A DNA stretch of 64,000 nucleotides, from assembly GCA_963728205.1 (NCBI GenBank), contig CAVSIV010000004.1:168643-232642 (forward strand), read 5' to 3'. This document shows, in pieces, positions 9,724-21,067 of the stretch (position 1 is its first letter; each line of letters opens with the position of its first letter). Under the pieces are notes generated by a model. It saw nothing but the letters and a program-made list of their open reading frames with translations. It had not been told where the DNA came from and made no database searches. Origin of the DNA: an uncultured Chloroflexia bacterium. GTDB taxonomy: Bacteria > Chloroflexota > Dehalococcoidia > UBA2979. The translations under genes and the position numbers were made by a program.

Positions 9724-10398
9724 CTACCGGCGGCGGGCCGTGACCAGTCGCGCGCCGCCTGCAAGCGCGAGCGCCCCCAGCGCGAGGAGCGCGATCATCA
9801 CCGGCGCGACGGCGGACGAGCCGCCCAGCCCGGCGTTCCCGGCCGCCGCGGGCGCCGGGGTCGACGCCTGCGCCGGCGGGATCAGGACGGCGTCGATGAC
9901 GTGGATGACGCCGTTGCTGGCCGCCACGTCGGCCGTCGTCACCTTCGCGGACCCGTTGAGCGTCACGCCGCCCGGGCCCGTCGCGATGGCGATCTTCGCG
10001 CCACCCACCGTGGTCGCCTCGGACAGCGTGGCCACGTCGGACGAGGCCACGCGGCCGGGCACGACGTGATACAGGAGCACGGCCTTCAGCGCCGCCGGAT
10101 CCGCGAGCAGGGCATCGAGCGTGCCGGCCGGCAGCGCGGCAAATGCCGCGTCGGTCGGCGCGAAGACCGTGAACGGCCCGGGGCCCTTCAGCGTGTCCAC
10201 GAGCCCCGCGGCCTGGAGCGCCTTCGCCAGCGTGGTGAAGTTGCCGGCCCCGACGGCCGTGTCGACGATGTCGAGCGTCGCCGCCTGGGGAGCGGCCGCG
10301 GGCTGGCCCGCTTCGGGTGCATCGATGGCGGCCATCGCCGTCGTTGCGATGGCCGCCGCGGCGAGGGCGCCGAGCAGCGTTCCGAGCATTCGCTTCAT
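9724..10398 (-). CDS. Secreted fasciclin (FAS1) protein with C-terminal anchor
   Basis: Signal peptide; [32 protein letters not shown]; C-terminal PAAAGNAG + TM + ARRR. Confidence 0.92.
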   Translation of the reverse strand: MKRMLGTLLGALAAAAIATTAMAAIDAPEAGQPAAAPQAATLDIVDTAVGAGNFTTLAKALQAAGLVDTLKGPGPFTVFAPTDAAFAALPAGTLDALLADPAALKAVLLYHVVPGRVASSDVATLSEATTVGGAKIAIATGPGGVTLNGSAKVTTADVAASNGVIHVIDAVLIPPAQASTPAPAAAGNAGLGGSSAVAPVMIALLALGALALAGGARLVTARRR

Positions 10399-10697
10399 GA
10401 TGGGAGCCGTCCTCTGTCTGTCATTGCGACCGCCGCAGGCGGTCCCCCTGGGTGGCGTTACCGACGAGTCCCTGGCCAGGGTCGACGCGGAACAGATCCC
10501 ATGTGACCAATATTTGACTCACTTGTCAATGGATTATGACGCACTATTGCCACATATCTGACCGGTACGGTCGGGAACGGTCCGGTCGCCGGGCTCCGCC
10601 ATGCCGTGCCTGACCCCAACCCACCTCGGCGTTAGACTGTCCGCCTGAACCACCCGCGGTCCGTGCCGGCGGACCGCTCGCTTCTGGCGGAGGGCGC

Positions 10698-12362
10698 GTG
10701 ATCCGCGACGACATCCGATCCCTGGTCGAGCAGGCGCTGGAGGCGGCGCAGGCGGCCGGCGACGTGCCGCCCTTCGCCGCACCCGAGGTGACGGTCGAGC
10801 ACCCGCAGCGCGCTGAGCACGGCGACTTCTCGGCGAACCTGCCGCTGCGCATCCAGGGGCTCGCGCGCATGAAGGCCGTCGAAGTGGCGGAGGCGCTGCG
10901 TACGCACGTGCCGGCACACGAGGCCGTGGTCGACGTGCGGGTCGCGCCCCCGGGCTTCCTCAACTTCTACCTCGCCCCGGGCTGGGTCGCTGCGCAGGCG
11001 TCGGCCATCGCCGCTGCGGGTGACGCCTACGCGTCGAGCGACCTCGGTGCCGGCAAGCGCGTCCAGATCGAGTACGTCTCGGCCAACCCGACGGGGCCGA
11101 TCCACGTCGGCAACGGCCGCGGCGCGGCGATCGGCTCGACGCTTGCCAACGTGATGCGCGCCGCGGGCTACGACGTCGAGCAGGAGTACTACGTCAACGA
11201 CGCCGGCACGCAGGTCGCCATCTTCGGCCGCACGCTCTACGCGCGGTACCAGCAGCTGTTCGGCCGCGAGGCCACCATCCCGGGGAACGGCTACCCCGGC
11301 GCGTACATGATCGAGGTCGCGCAGGGCATCAAGGACCGCGCCGGCGACCGCTTCCTCCGGCCGGAGGGCGAGGAGCCGGACGCGGAGCTCGGCCGCCTCG
11401 GCATCGAGGTCATGGTCGAGATGATCCGGAACGACCTTGCGCTGATGGGCGTGCGCTACGACGTCTGGTACTCGGAGCGCTCGCTGCAGGCCGAGGGCGG
11501 CGCGTACAACCGCGTGCTCGAGCTGCTGCGCGAGAAGGACTACATCGTCGAGCGCGAGGGCGCGACGTGGTTCGCGTCGTCGGAGCTGGGCGAGTCGAAG
11601 GACAACGTGCTGATCCGCTCGGACGGCATGCCGACGTACTTCGCGAGCGACATCGCGTACCACTACGACAAGTTCGTCACCCGCGGCTTCGACCGCGTGA
11701 TCGACATCTGGGGCGCGGACCACCAGGGTCACGTGTCGCGCGTGAAGGCGGCCGTGCAGGCGGTGGGCGGCGACCCCGCGAACCTCGACGTGCTGCTCTA
11801 CCAGCTCGTGGCGCTGCGGCGCGGCGCCGAGGCGGTGCCGCTGTCGAAGCGCGCCGGCGAGATCGTGACGCTCCGCGAGATCGTCGAGGAGGTCGGCGCG
11901 GACGCCACGCGCTTCTTCTTCCTGCTGCCGTCGGCGAACCAGACGATGGACTTCGACCTCGAGCTGGCGAAAAAGCAGTCGGACGAGAACCCGGTCTTCT
12001 ACGTGCAGTACGCGCACGCGCGCATCGCCGGCATCCTGGCGAAGGCGCGCGACGAGAGCTTCTCCGCCGACGGCGCGGACGTCGCCCTGCTGACGCACGA
12101 CGCGGAGCAGACGCTGATCCGCAAGCTGCTGCTGCTGCCGGAGGTGCTGGAGACGGTCGTCGCGGAGCTGGCGCCGCACCACCTGCCGCACTACGCGCAG
12201 GAGCTGGCCGGCGCGTTCCACGTCTTCTACACGCAGTGCCGCGTGATCGACGCCACGAACGAGCCGCTGACGCGCGCGCGCCTGCTGCTGCTCGAAGCCG
12301 CGCGCGTCGTGCTCGCGCGCACGCTGGGGCTGATGGGCGTGTCCGCGCCGGATCAGATGTAG
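10698..12362 (+). CDS. argS: Arginine--tRNA ligase
   Basis: EYVSANPTGPIHVGNGRG, WGADH, NPVFYVQYAHAR. Confidence 0.97.
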   Translation: MIRDDIRSLVEQALEAAQAAGDVPPFAAPEVTVEHPQRAEHGDFSANLPLRIQGLARMKAVEVAEALRTHVPAHEAVVDVRVAPPGFLNFYLAPGWVAAQASAIAAAGDAYASSDLGAGKRVQIEYVSANPTGPIHVGNGRGAAIGSTLANVMRAAGYDVEQEYYVNDAGTQVAIFGRTLYARYQQLFGREATIPGNGYPGAYMIEVAQGIKDRAGDRFLRPEGEEPDAELGRLGIEVMVEMIRNDLALMGVRYDVWYSERSLQAEGGAYNRVLELLREKDYIVEREGATWFASSELGESKDNVLIRSDGMPTYFASDIAYHYDKFVTRGFDRVIDIWGADHQGHVSRVKAAVQAVGGDPANLDVLLYQLVALRRGAEAVPLSKRAGEIVTLREIVEEVGADATRFFFLLPSANQTMDFDLELAKKQSDENPVFYVQYAHARIAGILAKARDESFSADGADVALLTHDAEQTLIRKLLLLPEVLETVVAELAPHHLPHYAQELAGAFHVFYTQCRVIDATNEPLTRARLLLLEAARVVLARTLGLMGVSAPDQM

Positions 12363-12418
12363 GCATCCGCCCCGAGCACGCAGGTGCGCGGCAGGCCCCG
12401 GGGCCTCGTCGCAACGTC

Positions 12419-12537
12419 AAAGCGGCGGCAGATATGCCGCCGACACGGCGCGGACGCAGTCCGCGGCCGACGCCGCGCGCGGACGCAGTCCGCGGCTGAC
12501 GCCGCGCTTCTGTCGGCGGCATATCTGCCGCCGCTTT
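12419..12537. repeat. REP-like family B inverted doublet enclosing a ~30-bp tandem duplication
   Basis: AAAGCGGCGGCAGATATGCCGCCGACA (12419-12445) with exact reverse complement at 12511-12537; CGCGGACGCAGTCCGCGG twice inside. Confidence 0.85.
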
Positions 12538-12580
12538 GGGTGACGTTCATGCGCGCACGGCGCCCCACCGGGGCGGTCGG

Positions 12581-12679
12581 CTGCCGTGGATCGTGAGCAC
12601 TCCGTAGACCAGGAGGCGGCCACCCTCGCACGCGAGCGGTGACGACTGCACACGGCAGGCCTGAAGCCTGCCGCGCGCC
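12581..12679. repeat. REP-like family A element (one full and one partial arm)
   Basis: 12651-12679 is identical to 3982-4010; CTGCCGTGGATCGTGAG matches 3912-3928. Confidence 0.8.
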
Positions 12680-12681
12680 GA

Positions 12682-14367
12682 TCAGCTCGCCGGGCCGCCG
12701 GTCGTCACCATCCGGTCGATCACGCTCGCGCCGAGCCGGATGAGCCCCGCATCCACGGCCGCACGCTTCGGGTTCGCGTCTGTCAGCGGCTGCGTGCCCA
12801 GCGCGTTGTCGAGGAACGCGCCGACGCGTGTAGCGCCGTCGGCGCCCGGCACGGTCCCGCGCTGCACGCGCACGGGCGCGTCGACGTCGCTGAGCAGCGC
12901 GACGCGCGCGTCCTTCAGCGCGCCGTCGACCGTGACCGGCATCAGCCAGTACAGCGTCGACGACGGCGTGCCCTCGAACGTCTCGTGGATCAGCACGCCG
13001 TCGACGCCGTGGCCGAGCGGCACGACCTCGCGCCCCTCGAGCGTGCGCCCGTGGAAGTCGATGCACTGCTCGATGCTGTAGCGGTCCAGCGTCGCCTTGT
13101 CGTCCGCGACGATCGTCTGGACGGTCGCGAACGGGTTGTCGGGGTGCTGGAGGTCGGCGTACTCCCAGACGTCGCCGCGCGACGAGCGGCCGAAGAGGTC
13201 GGTCCACGAGACGGTCGTGACGTGGGTGAGCGTCCAGCCGTCGACCGCCGGGAGGATCTTGTCGGTGGCGGCGATGTCGACCGCCGGCGCCCCGTCTCCG
13301 ATGCCGATGAACGCGTATTGCTGCACCTGCACGACGAGCACCGCCGCGGCCACGGCCCCGACCACGGTGAGCGCCTGCAGCGTCGCGAGCGGCCGCCCTC
13401 CGCCGCCGGTCGGCTCCCAGACGGCGTGCTCGCCGCGGCGACGCAGGTCGAGCCCCAGTCCGAACGCGGGGAGCAGAGCGAGCATGCCCACGAAGAGCAA
13501 CGCCAGCAGCACGAGACCGATCACGGGGTGTACGACGTCGACGGCGAGGTGCCGCGACGTGCGCGCGGCGAGCGTGAGCAGGACCGTGACGCGCAGCAGG
13601 TTGGAAGCGAACGCGAGCACGAGCCCGAGCGCATACCACCGCAGCCGCCGGCCCCACGGCCCGCGCATCAGCAGGAGCAACGCCGCCCCGACCAGCGCGA
13701 AGCCCATGACCGCCGCCGTGCCCGCGCACAGCTGGCCGATCACCAGCGTGAAGTTCTGGCCGGCGGCGAGGTGCGTCGTCGTCAACACGTCGGGCGACGC
13801 CGGGTCGAACGCGTAGGGCAGCGCGAGGAACCCGACCATGCGGTCGGCGAACCACGAGGTCACGGCGAGGAACGGCGCGGCGATGCGCGACTGCGCCCAC
13901 ACGACGACGTACGGCCAGCCGAGGAAGAGCGCGGCGACGGCCGGCCACACGCGCAGCACCTGCTGGTAGCCGAGGAAGACCACCCCGGCGCCGGTCGCGA
14001 ACAGCGCCAGCGCCAGCAGGTCGACGCGGTTCAGCCAGAAGTACCAGGACAGCCGCGCCGGCGTGACGGCGAGCACGAAGAACGCGCCGAGCAGCAGCGG
14101 CGTCGCAAAGAAGGCGTCGAGCAGCACGTCGCGCTTGCCGGGCCGCCCATCGACGTGGCCGTGCACCCAGAACAGGTATGCGGCGAACGGCAGCATGAAC
14201 GGGACGAAGCCGAGCGCGTTGTCGGCGAGGAGGAAGTCGCGCTCCGCGAGCAGCGACGGCGCGAACGGAGCGAACCCGACGACGATCAGCGCGAGCAGGC
14301 GCCAGCGGCCGAACAGCGCGCCCAGCGGTCGCGCCGGCACGGACGAGACGGCGGCCGAGGGCTGCAC
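12682..14367 (-). CDS. Exosortase/archaeosortase-family transpeptidase fused to an EpsI-like extracytoplasmic domain
   Basis: Multi-TM protein with catalytic-type motifs IGQLCAG (Cys), SNLLRV (Arg) and VVH (His); C-terminal soluble domain containing YSIEQCIDFHG. Confidence 0.82.
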   Translation of the reverse strand: MQPSAAVSSVPARPLGALFGRWRLLALIVVGFAPFAPSLLAERDFLLADNALGFVPFMLPFAAYLFWVHGHVDGRPGKRDVLLDAFFATPLLLGAFFVLAVTPARLSWYFWLNRVDLLALALFATGAGVVFLGYQQVLRVWPAVAALFLGWPYVVVWAQSRIAAPFLAVTSWFADRMVGFLALPYAFDPASPDVLTTTHLAAGQNFTLVIGQLCAGTAAVMGFALVGAALLLLMRGPWGRRLRWYALGLVLAFASNLLRVTVLLTLAARTSRHLAVDVVHPVIGLVLLALLFVGMLALLPAFGLGLDLRRRGEHAVWEPTGGGGRPLATLQALTVVGAVAAAVLVVQVQQYAFIGIGDGAPAVDIAATDKILPAVDGWTLTHVTTVSWTDLFGRSSRGDVWEYADLQHPDNPFATVQTIVADDKATLDRYSIEQCIDFHGRTLEGREVVPLGHGVDGVLIHETFEGTPSSTLYWLMPVTVDGALKDARVALLSDVDAPVRVQRGTVPGADGATRVGAFLDNALGTQPLTDANPKRAAVDAGLIRLGASVIDRMVTTGGPAS

Positions 14368-14379
14368 GGGCGGCCCTCG

Positions 14380-14631
14380 CTAGCCGGCGTCGGAGTCGGA
14401 GGGGCGGCGGTGGCGGCGGTGGTCGATCAGCACGTACCCCGCGACCGCAAGCAGGCCCACCACCGGGATCGCCGCGGCGAGCGGCACCTCGGGGATCTCG
14501 CAGGCGCGCTTGTGCTTGCCCTTGCACGCGTTGTTGTTGTCCGGGCCCTCCTGTGCGAAGGCGGGACCAGCCACGGCGAGGATCACCATGGCCGCGAGCA
14601 CGGTCGCGAGGACAATGCGGCGGATACGCAT
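14380..14631 (-). CDS. Small secreted peptide with PEP-CTERM-like sorting signal (IPEVP-TM-Arg), probable exosortase substrate
   Basis: GAGGAGG SD; signal peptide ending AFA; QEGPDNNNACKGKHKRACE; IPEVP; hydrophobic helix; HRRHRR; ends 12 bp before the exosortase start. Confidence 0.78.
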   Translation of the reverse strand: MRIRRIVLATVLAAMVILAVAGPAFAQEGPDNNNACKGKHKRACEIPEVPLAAAIPVVGLLAVAGYVLIDHRRHRRPSDSDAG

Positions 14632-14810
14632 GAGGCCGGCCTCCTCTCGTGCGTCGTCGCTGCCGGGCCGCGACGAGGCGCGGTTGGCGGTCGGGACCGA
14701 CCCGAATGTATCATCGGGCCCACTCGCCGCCGACCGCGGACGTGTGCCGTCCCGGTTGATAATCGGTAAAAAATCGAGCCGCCACAGCCATCGGATCGAA
14801 GAGGCCCGCG

Positions 14811-15812
14811 ATGACCTCCGAGCGCAAGCGCATCCTCACGGGCGTCCGCCCGACCGGCGCCCTCCATCTCGGTCACTACGTCGGCGCGCTCGAGAACTGG
14901 ATCCGCCTTCAGCGCGAGTACGAGTGCTTCTTCCTGATCGCGGACTTCCAGGTCTCGGACCACGCCGACGAGTTCGACCTCGTGCGCAGCGCGGTGTTCG
15001 AGGTCGCGAAGGACTGGCTCGCGGTCGGGCTCGACCCGGAGCACAGCCACTACTGCATCGAGAGCATGATCCCGGAGCACGCCGAACTGACGACGTGGCT
15101 GTCGTGGTGGATCCCGCTCGCGCGCCTGCAGCGCAACCCGACGCTGAAGGCGGAGATGGGCGAGGACAGCGGCTCGACGCCGGTCGCGTTCTTCAACTAC
15201 CCGGTGATGCAGGCCGCGAACATCCTGATGCCGAAGGCGCACCTCGTGCCGGTGGGCGAGGACCAGCTGCCGCACATCGAGATGACGCGCGAGATCGCGC
15301 GGCGCTTCAACCGCCTCTTCGACACCGAGGTCTTCCCCGTGCCGGAGCCGCTGGTCGGCCGCGTGCCGCGGCTCGTCGGCGTCGACGGCAACGCGAAGAT
15401 GAGCAAGTCGCTGGGCAACGCGATCTACCTGAAGGACGACGCGGAGACGGTCGTGCAGAAGGTGAAGGGGATGTTCACCGACCCCACCCGGCTGCGGGCC
15501 ACGGACCCCGGCCACGTCGAGGGCAACCCGGTGTTCATGTACCACGACGCCTTCAACCCGGACGTCGACGAGGTGAACGATCTCAAGGAGCGCTACCGCG
15601 CCGGGCGCGTCGGCGACGTCGAGGTGAAGGCGAAGCTGCATGCGGCGCTCAACGCGTTCCTCGACCCGATCCGCGAGCGGCGCGCGTACTTCGACACGCA
15701 CCCCGCGGAGGTGCACGACGCGCTGGCCGCCGGCACCGCGCGCGCCAAGCGTGTCGCGGAGGCGACGATGCGCGACGTGCGTGCCGCGATGCAGGTGAAC
15801 TACCTGGAATAG
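14811..15812 (+). CDS. trpS: Tryptophan--tRNA ligase
   Basis: HLGH, VPVGEDQ, KMSKS. Confidence 0.97.
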   Translation: MTSERKRILTGVRPTGALHLGHYVGALENWIRLQREYECFFLIADFQVSDHADEFDLVRSAVFEVAKDWLAVGLDPEHSHYCIESMIPEHAELTTWLSWWIPLARLQRNPTLKAEMGEDSGSTPVAFFNYPVMQAANILMPKAHLVPVGEDQLPHIEMTREIARRFNRLFDTEVFPVPEPLVGRVPRLVGVDGNAKMSKSLGNAIYLKDDAETVVQKVKGMFTDPTRLRATDPGHVEGNPVFMYHDAFNPDVDEVNDLKERYRAGRVGDVEVKAKLHAALNAFLDPIRERRAYFDTHPAEVHDALAAGTARAKRVAEATMRDVRAAMQVNYLE

Positions 15813-15838
15813 GCGGACGGGCCCCCGGTCTTCCCGTG

Positions 15839-16004
15839 AAGCGGCGGCGTGGCGCCGACGCGCCACCCACAGCGGCGGCAGAGAGGCCGCCGACCATAGC
15901 GGCGGCCGGCAGCCGCCGACCATAGCGGCGGCAGAGAGGCCGCCGACCATAGCGGCGGCCGGCAGCCGCCGACGATATCGGCGGCGTGTCTGCCGCCGCT
16001 TGAC
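15839..16004. repeat. Cluster of REP-like family B units (53-bp dimer twice plus an inverted copy)
   Basis: AGCGGCGGC-N5/6-GCCGCCGAC units at 15871, 15898, 15924 and 15951; inverted copy at 15978-16004. Confidence 0.85.
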
Positions 16005-16016
16005 AGGGGCCACACA

Positions 16017-16047
16017 CGAAGAGGCCGCCCCGGGGGCGGCCTCTTCG
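16017..16047. terminator. Terminator hairpin between convergent trpS and citrate synthase
   Basis: CGAAGAGGCCGCCC-CGG-GGGCGGCCTCTTCG perfect 14-bp stem. Confidence 0.7.
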
Positions 16048-16066
16048 TCTACATGCGGCGGGAGTG

Positions 16067-17218
16067 CTACCGCTTGTCGAGCGGCACGAAGTCGCGGTGC
16101 GGCTGGCCGACGTAGACCTGGGTCGGCCGGAAGATGCGGTTCCCGGACTCCCACTGCTCCTTCATGTTCACCATCCAGCCGAGCGTCCGGGACGCGGCGA
16201 AGATCGGCGTGAAGAAGTCCGTGGGGATGCCCAGGGCGGCGAAGATGCAGCCCGAGAAGAGGTCGACGTTCGGGTAGAGGCCCCGGTCGCCGAGCCGTGC
16301 CGTGGCGACCTGCTCGACCGTGAGGGCGATCTGGTAGAGGTCGGCGACCTCGCTGCCCGGCTCGATCACCTCGTCGGCGAGGCGCTGGATCACCTTCGAG
16401 CGCGGGTCCTTGACGTGGTACACGCGGTGCCCGAACCCCGGGATCTTGAACTTGTCGTCCATCAGCTTCTGGATCTCTTCCTCGGCGCGCTTGGGATCGC
16501 CGATCTGCTGGAAGAGACGCAGGGATGCCTCATTGGCGCCGCCGTGAGCGGGGCCGGACAGCGCGCCGATGGCGGCAGCGGTGACGGCCTCGGGCTCGGC
16601 CTTCGTCGAGGTGACGACGCGCGCGGTGAACGTCGACGCGTTGCCGGCAGAGTGGTCGGCCTGGAGGATGAGCAGCGCGTTCATCACGCGCTCGTGGAGC
16701 TCGGACGGCTCCTTGCCGGTGATCATGCGCAGCATCATGCGCGCGTGGGACTCGCCGACGTACGGGCCCTCGTAGGCGCGGCCGTCCGCCGCCTGGGCAA
16801 TGATGCCGGCCAGGTGGCCGACCTTCGCGACCATCGCGAGGCCGCGCTCGCCGACCGTGTTCACCTTGCGCTCGAAGTCGTTGTTCGTCGGGCCGAGCGC
16901 AGCGGTCGCCGACTGGAGCGCGAACATCGGGTGGGTGATGCGCCCGACGTGCTGCGCGACGGACAGCTGCTCCGGCGTGAGGACCCGATTGTCGTGAAGC
17001 TGCTGCTTCACCTCGTCGAGGCGCGCCCGGCTCGGGAGCTCGCCGTCGTAGAGGAGGGCCACCACCTCCTCGAAGGTGACCTCCGGCTGCGTCAGGTCCT
17101 CGATCGAGTACCCACGGTACGTGAGGCGGCCTGCCTGCCCATCGACCTTTGAGATAGCGGATTCGGCAATCGCTACCCCCTCGAGTCCCGGGCTAAAGGA
17201 CGGCGTGTCCAGCGTCAT
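16067..17218 (-). CDS. Citrate synthase / 2-methylcitrate synthase family
   Basis: GLEGV, DH..NASTFTAR, GPAHGGANE, GFGHRVY..DPR, YPNVD; SD before ATG 17218. Confidence 0.93.
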   Translation of the reverse strand: MTLDTPSFSPGLEGVAIAESAISKVDGQAGRLTYRGYSIEDLTQPEVTFEEVVALLYDGELPSRARLDEVKQQLHDNRVLTPEQLSVAQHVGRITHPMFALQSATAALGPTNNDFERKVNTVGERGLAMVAKVGHLAGIIAQAADGRAYEGPYVGESHARMMLRMITGKEPSELHERVMNALLILQADHSAGNASTFTARVVTSTKAEPEAVTAAAIGALSGPAHGGANEASLRLFQQIGDPKRAEEEIQKLMDDKFKIPGFGHRVYHVKDPRSKVIQRLADEVIEPGSEVADLYQIALTVEQVATARLGDRGLYPNVDLFSGCIFAALGIPTDFFTPIFAASRTLGWMVNMKEQWESGNRIFRPTQVYVGQPHRDFVPLDKR

Positions 17219-17454
17219 GTGCTCCCCCAAACTCCTGCTCGAGGCATCCGGCAGCCGCCGCCCCCCGGGCTCCCTGGGTATGTCCCTGCTCGTATCGTGC
17301 GTCAGCGCCATGACACCCATCGCGGTGACTCGCGGGTGGGGCGAACGCAGCCGCAGTATATCCGAACCGCTCGGGCACCACGAAATCCGTGATAACGAGC
17401 GGATCCGTCCGGCGCCGCGGCCCCCCGGGGACGCCGCACGCGGGCTGGACGTCC

Positions 17455-18189
17455 TCAGCGCGCGGCGAACGCGTCGCCGGCGTGGGTGGCGATGAACTCC
17501 CGCAGGAGGTCGTGGACGCGCTCGGCGGACTCCGTGAGCCCGTGGCCCGCGCCCTCGATCAGCACGAGCCGTTTGGGCTCGCTCGCTCGCTCATAGATGT
17601 CCTGCGACGCCGCGTGGTCGAGCACCTCGTCGTGATCACCGTGGATCAGCAGCAAGGGCTTGCCGAGGTCGCCGACCTCCTGCGTGCCGAAGCGCTGCGA
17701 CGACATCCCGACGACGCCGGTCGCGATCGGCGCCAGCTCCCCGGCCTTCACGGCCACCGCGCCGCCGAACGAGTGCCCGACGAGCACCACCTGCTCCGCG
17801 CCGATCCCCTTGAGGAACGAGCACGCGGCGAGCGCGTCGAGCACGCACTCCTCGAACTCGCCCGGCTCGCGGTACTGCACGCGGATCGACGTCACGCCGT
17901 CCGCGACGAGCTCGCGTGCGAGCTGCTCGTAGACGCCGTTCGCCGGCCCCTTCACGCCGCCGCCCGCGCCGCCGAGGAAGATGGCAGCGCCCGTCTTCCC
18001 CTCGCACGGGTGCAGGTGCACGGTGAGCGAGCCGCGGCTGGTGTCGAGCTCGACCTCGAGCTCGCCGGGCGTCTCCCCGGCGCGCGCGCGCACCCCCTTG
18101 ATGGACAGCGTGAGCTCCTCGAGCGGCGTACCGCCCAGGGAGCCCTCGCCGGAACCATTCTCGGGTGCGCGATCCGGGAGGAAGTTCAT
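17455..18189 (-). CDS. Alpha/beta hydrolase
   Basis: GHSFGG nucleophile elbow, LLIHGDHD, GAGH. Confidence 0.85.
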   Translation of the reverse strand: MNFLPDRAPENGSGEGSLGGTPLEELTLSIKGVRARAGETPGELEVELDTSRGSLTVHLHPCEGKTGAAIFLGGAGGGVKGPANGVYEQLARELVADGVTSIRVQYREPGEFEECVLDALAACSFLKGIGAEQVVLVGHSFGGAVAVKAGELAPIATGVVGMSSQRFGTQEVGDLGKPLLLIHGDHDEVLDHAASQDIYERASEPKRLVLIEGAGHGLTESAERVHDLLREFIATHAGDAFAAR

Positions 18190-18244
18190 CCGGGGCAGCG
18201 TAGCAGAGGCGTGCGAGGCTCGCGCCGGGGCCGCACGCGGCGCC

Positions 18245-19723
<1,479 letters not shown>

Positions 19724-19735
19724 TGCGGCGGCGGC

Positions 19736-20026
19736 TCACGTGTCCAGCACCGCGCGCACGCGCAGGAAGTCGCCCTCGCGGCGCGGCGCGTTCGCGAGGA
19801 TCTCGTCGCGGGGCATGGAGGGCTGCGGCGCGTCGTCGCGCTCGACGTTCGCCTGGTCGAGGCTCTGGGCGGTGGGCGGAACCCCCTCGGTGTCGACGTC
19901 GTTGAGGACGGCGAAGTGGCCGAGGATGGCCGACAGCTCGTCGCGCAGGCGCTCGACTTCGTCGTCGGCCAGCGCCACGCGGGCGAGGCGGGCGATATAA
20001 CGGACCTCGTCGGCGGTGAGGGCCAT
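19736..20026 (-). CDS. gatC: Asp/Glu-tRNA amidotransferase subunit C
   Basis: EVRYIARLAR, VPPT, LANAP; directly upstream of gatA. Confidence 0.93.
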   Translation of the reverse strand: MALTADEVRYIARLARVALADDEVERLRDELSAILGHFAVLNDVDTEGVPPTAQSLDQANVERDDAPQPSMPRDEILANAPRREGDFLRVRAVLDT

Positions 20027-20242
20027 CCAGCGCTCCCGGAGTGCAGCGGATCGACTCGGCGCGACCGTGAAGCCCGTGATATGGGGGTCGCGCCTGCGGG
20101 GTCTGCGGCTACTATAGGTGCGGACCCCCTACCACTCCACCGCACACCGGGAGGCGCCAGGCGCGCCGCGCGTGGAGCCATAGACTGTCGCCGAGGCGCG
20201 ACGCCATCGCAGTCCCTGGGCGGGGCGGAAGGTGGTTCCCCA

Positions 20243-21067
20243 GTGGAGCAGCCCACGCGCGGGGCGGCGGACGCCCCGCAGGTTCGCGGGCCGCACGCCC
20301 CGGACGCCGCGCGGCTCGGGAACCCGAGCTTCGTCTGGCGCTTCGGCCAGGACCGGCGGCTCGACCTCATCGAACGCTACGTGCCGCTCACCGGGCGCCG
20401 GGTGCTCGACCTCGGCTGCGGCCTCGGCGAGTATGCGCGTGCGCTGGAGCGGCGCGGCGGACGCGTGATCGGCTCCGACATCGCGGGATCGCGCCTCGTG
20501 GAAGCGCGCCGGCGTGGCCTCGACCCCGCGCGCACCGGCGGCGCGCCCAGCCGCGCGGAGTACCTCACGGCCGGCGGCGAGTCGCTGCCGTTCCGCGACG
20601 GATCGCTCGACGTGATCGTGCTGAACGAGGTGATCGAGCACGTCGCCGACGACCGCGAGACGCTGCGCGAGGTGAGCCGCGTGCTCGCACCCGGCGGCAC
20701 CTGCGTGATCTACGCCCCGAACCGCCTTTACCCGTTCGAAACCCACGGCATCTACCTAGGGAAGCGTTATGTGTTCGGGAACATCCCCCTCGTGAATTGG
20801 CTGCCGACGTTCCTGCGCCGCCGCCTCGTCCCCCACGCGCGCGCCTACCGCCACGGCGACTGGCGCCGGCTGATCGCCGGCACCGCGCTGCGCGTGGTCG
20901 ACCAGGGCTACGTCTACCCCGGGTTCGACAACGTCGCCGCGCGCTGGCCCGCCGTGGCGCGCGGGCTGCGCGCGTTCTGCTACTGGGCGGAGAGCAACCC
21001 GCTGCGCCGCTTCGGGCTCTCGCACCTCGTGATCCTGCGGCGTGAGGAGAGCGGGGCGCCGGCATGA
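20243..21067 (+). CDS. Class I SAM-dependent methyltransferase (start uncertain)
   Basis: VLDLGCGLG, LPF.DGSLD, EVIEHV; overlaps the PBP start. Confidence 0.85.
   Translation: MEQPTRGAADAPQVRGPHAPDAARLGNPSFVWRFGQDRRLDLIERYVPLTGRRVLDLGCGLGEYARALERRGGRVIGSDIAGSRLVEARRRGLDPARTGGAPSRAEYLTAGGESLPFRDGSLDVIVLNEVIEHVADDRETLREVSRVLAPGGTCVIYAPNRLYPFETHGIYLGKRYVFGNIPLVNWLPTFLRRRLVPHARAYRHGDWRRLIAGTALRVVDQGYVYPGFDNVAARWPAVARGLRAFCYWAESNPLRRFGLSHLVILRREESGAPA

Noticed and set aside
15839-16004. Possible CRISPR array
   Set aside because: Units are back-to-back with no unique spacers, the same motif is dispersed elsewhere as REP-like copies, and no cas genes are present
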